DNA of 64,000 nt from Acidobacteriota bacterium. Its GTDB lineage: Bacteria > Acidobacteriota > UBA6911 > RPQK01. The stretch is from the NCBI GenBank assembly GCA_041946865.1, contig JBHGBF010000015.1:1371-65370 (forward strand), read 5' to 3'. Below are positions 63,232-64,000 of the stretch, in pieces. Under the pieces are notes generated by a model, which had not been told where the DNA came from, ran no database searches, and saw only the letters and a program-made list of their open reading frames with translations. Position numbers and translations under genes: made by a program. Position 1 is the stretch's first letter. Each line of letters starts with the position of its first letter.

Positions 63232-63713
63232 CTATTCCTTCCTCACCCGGTTGCTCCACACGGCCCAGTAGATGGGACCCGTCGGCTGCCCGGAATACCG
63301 ATTGACGATTCCGCCCATGTAGTGCTCGTCGATGGGGACTTCGAGGGCCATCCGATGAACGTCGCCGACCTTGAATTGGCGAACGTTCCCGCCCACGTCG
63401 GTGACGCGGGCATCGGTCACCGAGGACCGTGGCTTAAGCGGGTTGTAGCGCCCAATATAGACAGTGTCCCCCTTTTTCACCCCTTTTTCAAGGCCCCCCG
63501 GTGCGCCTCCAGCACCTTGTACTTCATCACGAAGGAGTAGTCGTAGAGGTCGTTAGACGGCAACTCACCGCGGATTTCGAGGAGCTGTGCGGTCACCTCG
63601 ACCGTCCCCTTCTTCGTCACATTGGCGTCTTCCCCGGTTTCCCCGCCGCTTGAACAGGCGCCGAGCAGGCCGGTGGCGACGAGAACCAAAGCGGTTATCA
63701 CTCTGCGCGTCAT
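63232..63713 (-). pseudogene. small lipoprotein, split by a frameshift near the C6 run 63494-63499
   Basis: MTRRVITALVLVATGLLGACSS carries a lipobox. ORF 63477..63914 ends ...VLEAHRGALKKG*, and ORF 63232..63480 continues in another frame (KKGDTVYIGRYNPLKPR...). Confidence 0.5.
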
Positions 63714-64000
63714 CGTTTTTTCCCTTGTGGTTCGGTGTAGGTCCAGCTCGGCTCCCATCCCTCGCCGATCGTCAGCACGGTGGCTGACTTCGCCTGTGGA
63801 TACCTGGAGCGCATCTCCGGGTCCGCGCCAGTCTTCGTAAAGAGCACGTAGCGCGGATCGGGCGAAAGCGCGCCGCCGTAAATGTGCGAACCTTCCTCGC
63901 CGTACACGATCCAAGCCTCGCTTCCGTCTCCGCGGGCCATCCAGAGCTCCGTCCAGCCGTAGCCCTTGTTCGCCTTCTGGTTGGCGGGGCGGGAGGAGAA
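63710..64000 (-). CDS. partial CDS (C-terminus only), PD40/TolB-like beta-propeller repeat protein
   Basis: The frame is open to the window edge. GGALSPDPRYVLFT resembles a PD40 repeat. The stop overlaps the next start (ATGA at 63710-63713). Confidence 0.4.
   Translation of the reverse strand, partial: FSSRPANQKANKGYGWTELWMARGDGSEAWIVYGEEGSHIYGGALSPDPRYVLFTKTGADPEMRSRYPQAKSATVLTIGEGWEPSWTYTEPQGKKR

Overview
This is a GC-rich bacterial chromosomal window. The gene content (CarboxypepD_reg-type TonB-dependent receptors without SusD partners, many Tat-exported Gfo/Idh/MocA oxidoreductases, sulfatases) suggests an Acidobacteriota- or PVC-like soil organism, but that taxonomic guess is inference only.

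Left ~12.5 kb: a hemerythrin-like protein and an MFS transporter are followed by a decayed accessory patch. The patch holds a C-terminal TonB-receptor remnant with an in-frame TAG, a PIN-domain remnant, an orphan P-loop NTPase, a 3'-truncated Panacea/DUF4065 antitoxin-like gene, a two-ORF ISKra4-like insertion sequence and a multiply damaged type III-restriction-like DEAD helicase. After it come a Na+/solute symporter, a tyrosine-integrase remnant and tRNA-Arg(TCT).

From ~12.6 to ~56.5 kb lies a very large carbohydrate-processing locus:
- one full TonB-dependent receptor
- five Gfo/Idh/MocA oxidoreductases (two with Tat signals)
- two DegT-family aminotransferases
- two formylglycine-type sulfatases
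- two CehA/McbA-like PHP metallohydrolases
- a GH20-like hexosaminidase
- a PIG-L deacetylase and an SGNH esterase
- a pair of half-size DMT transporters
- ROK and PocR-AraC regulators
- several large secreted proteins of unknown family

Right end: a Zn-ADH, M20 deacylase and class III aminotransferase sit next to an AlgJ-like/MBOAT O-acylation module and a lipoprotein.

The non-coding DNA is unusually rich in ~100-nt palindromic or REP-like elements. One (18695-18800) has perfect 48-bp arms, is flanked by a 10-bp direct repeat and sits inside the 3' end of an ORF. A related, degraded copy sits in the 5' end of another ORF.

At least seven frameshifts near short homopolymer runs split otherwise intact genes. 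Sequencing error and true pseudogenisation cannot be separated from this window alone.

No rRNA, CRISPR array or prophage was seen. All family assignments rest on motifs read by eye from the ORF translations, not on database searches.
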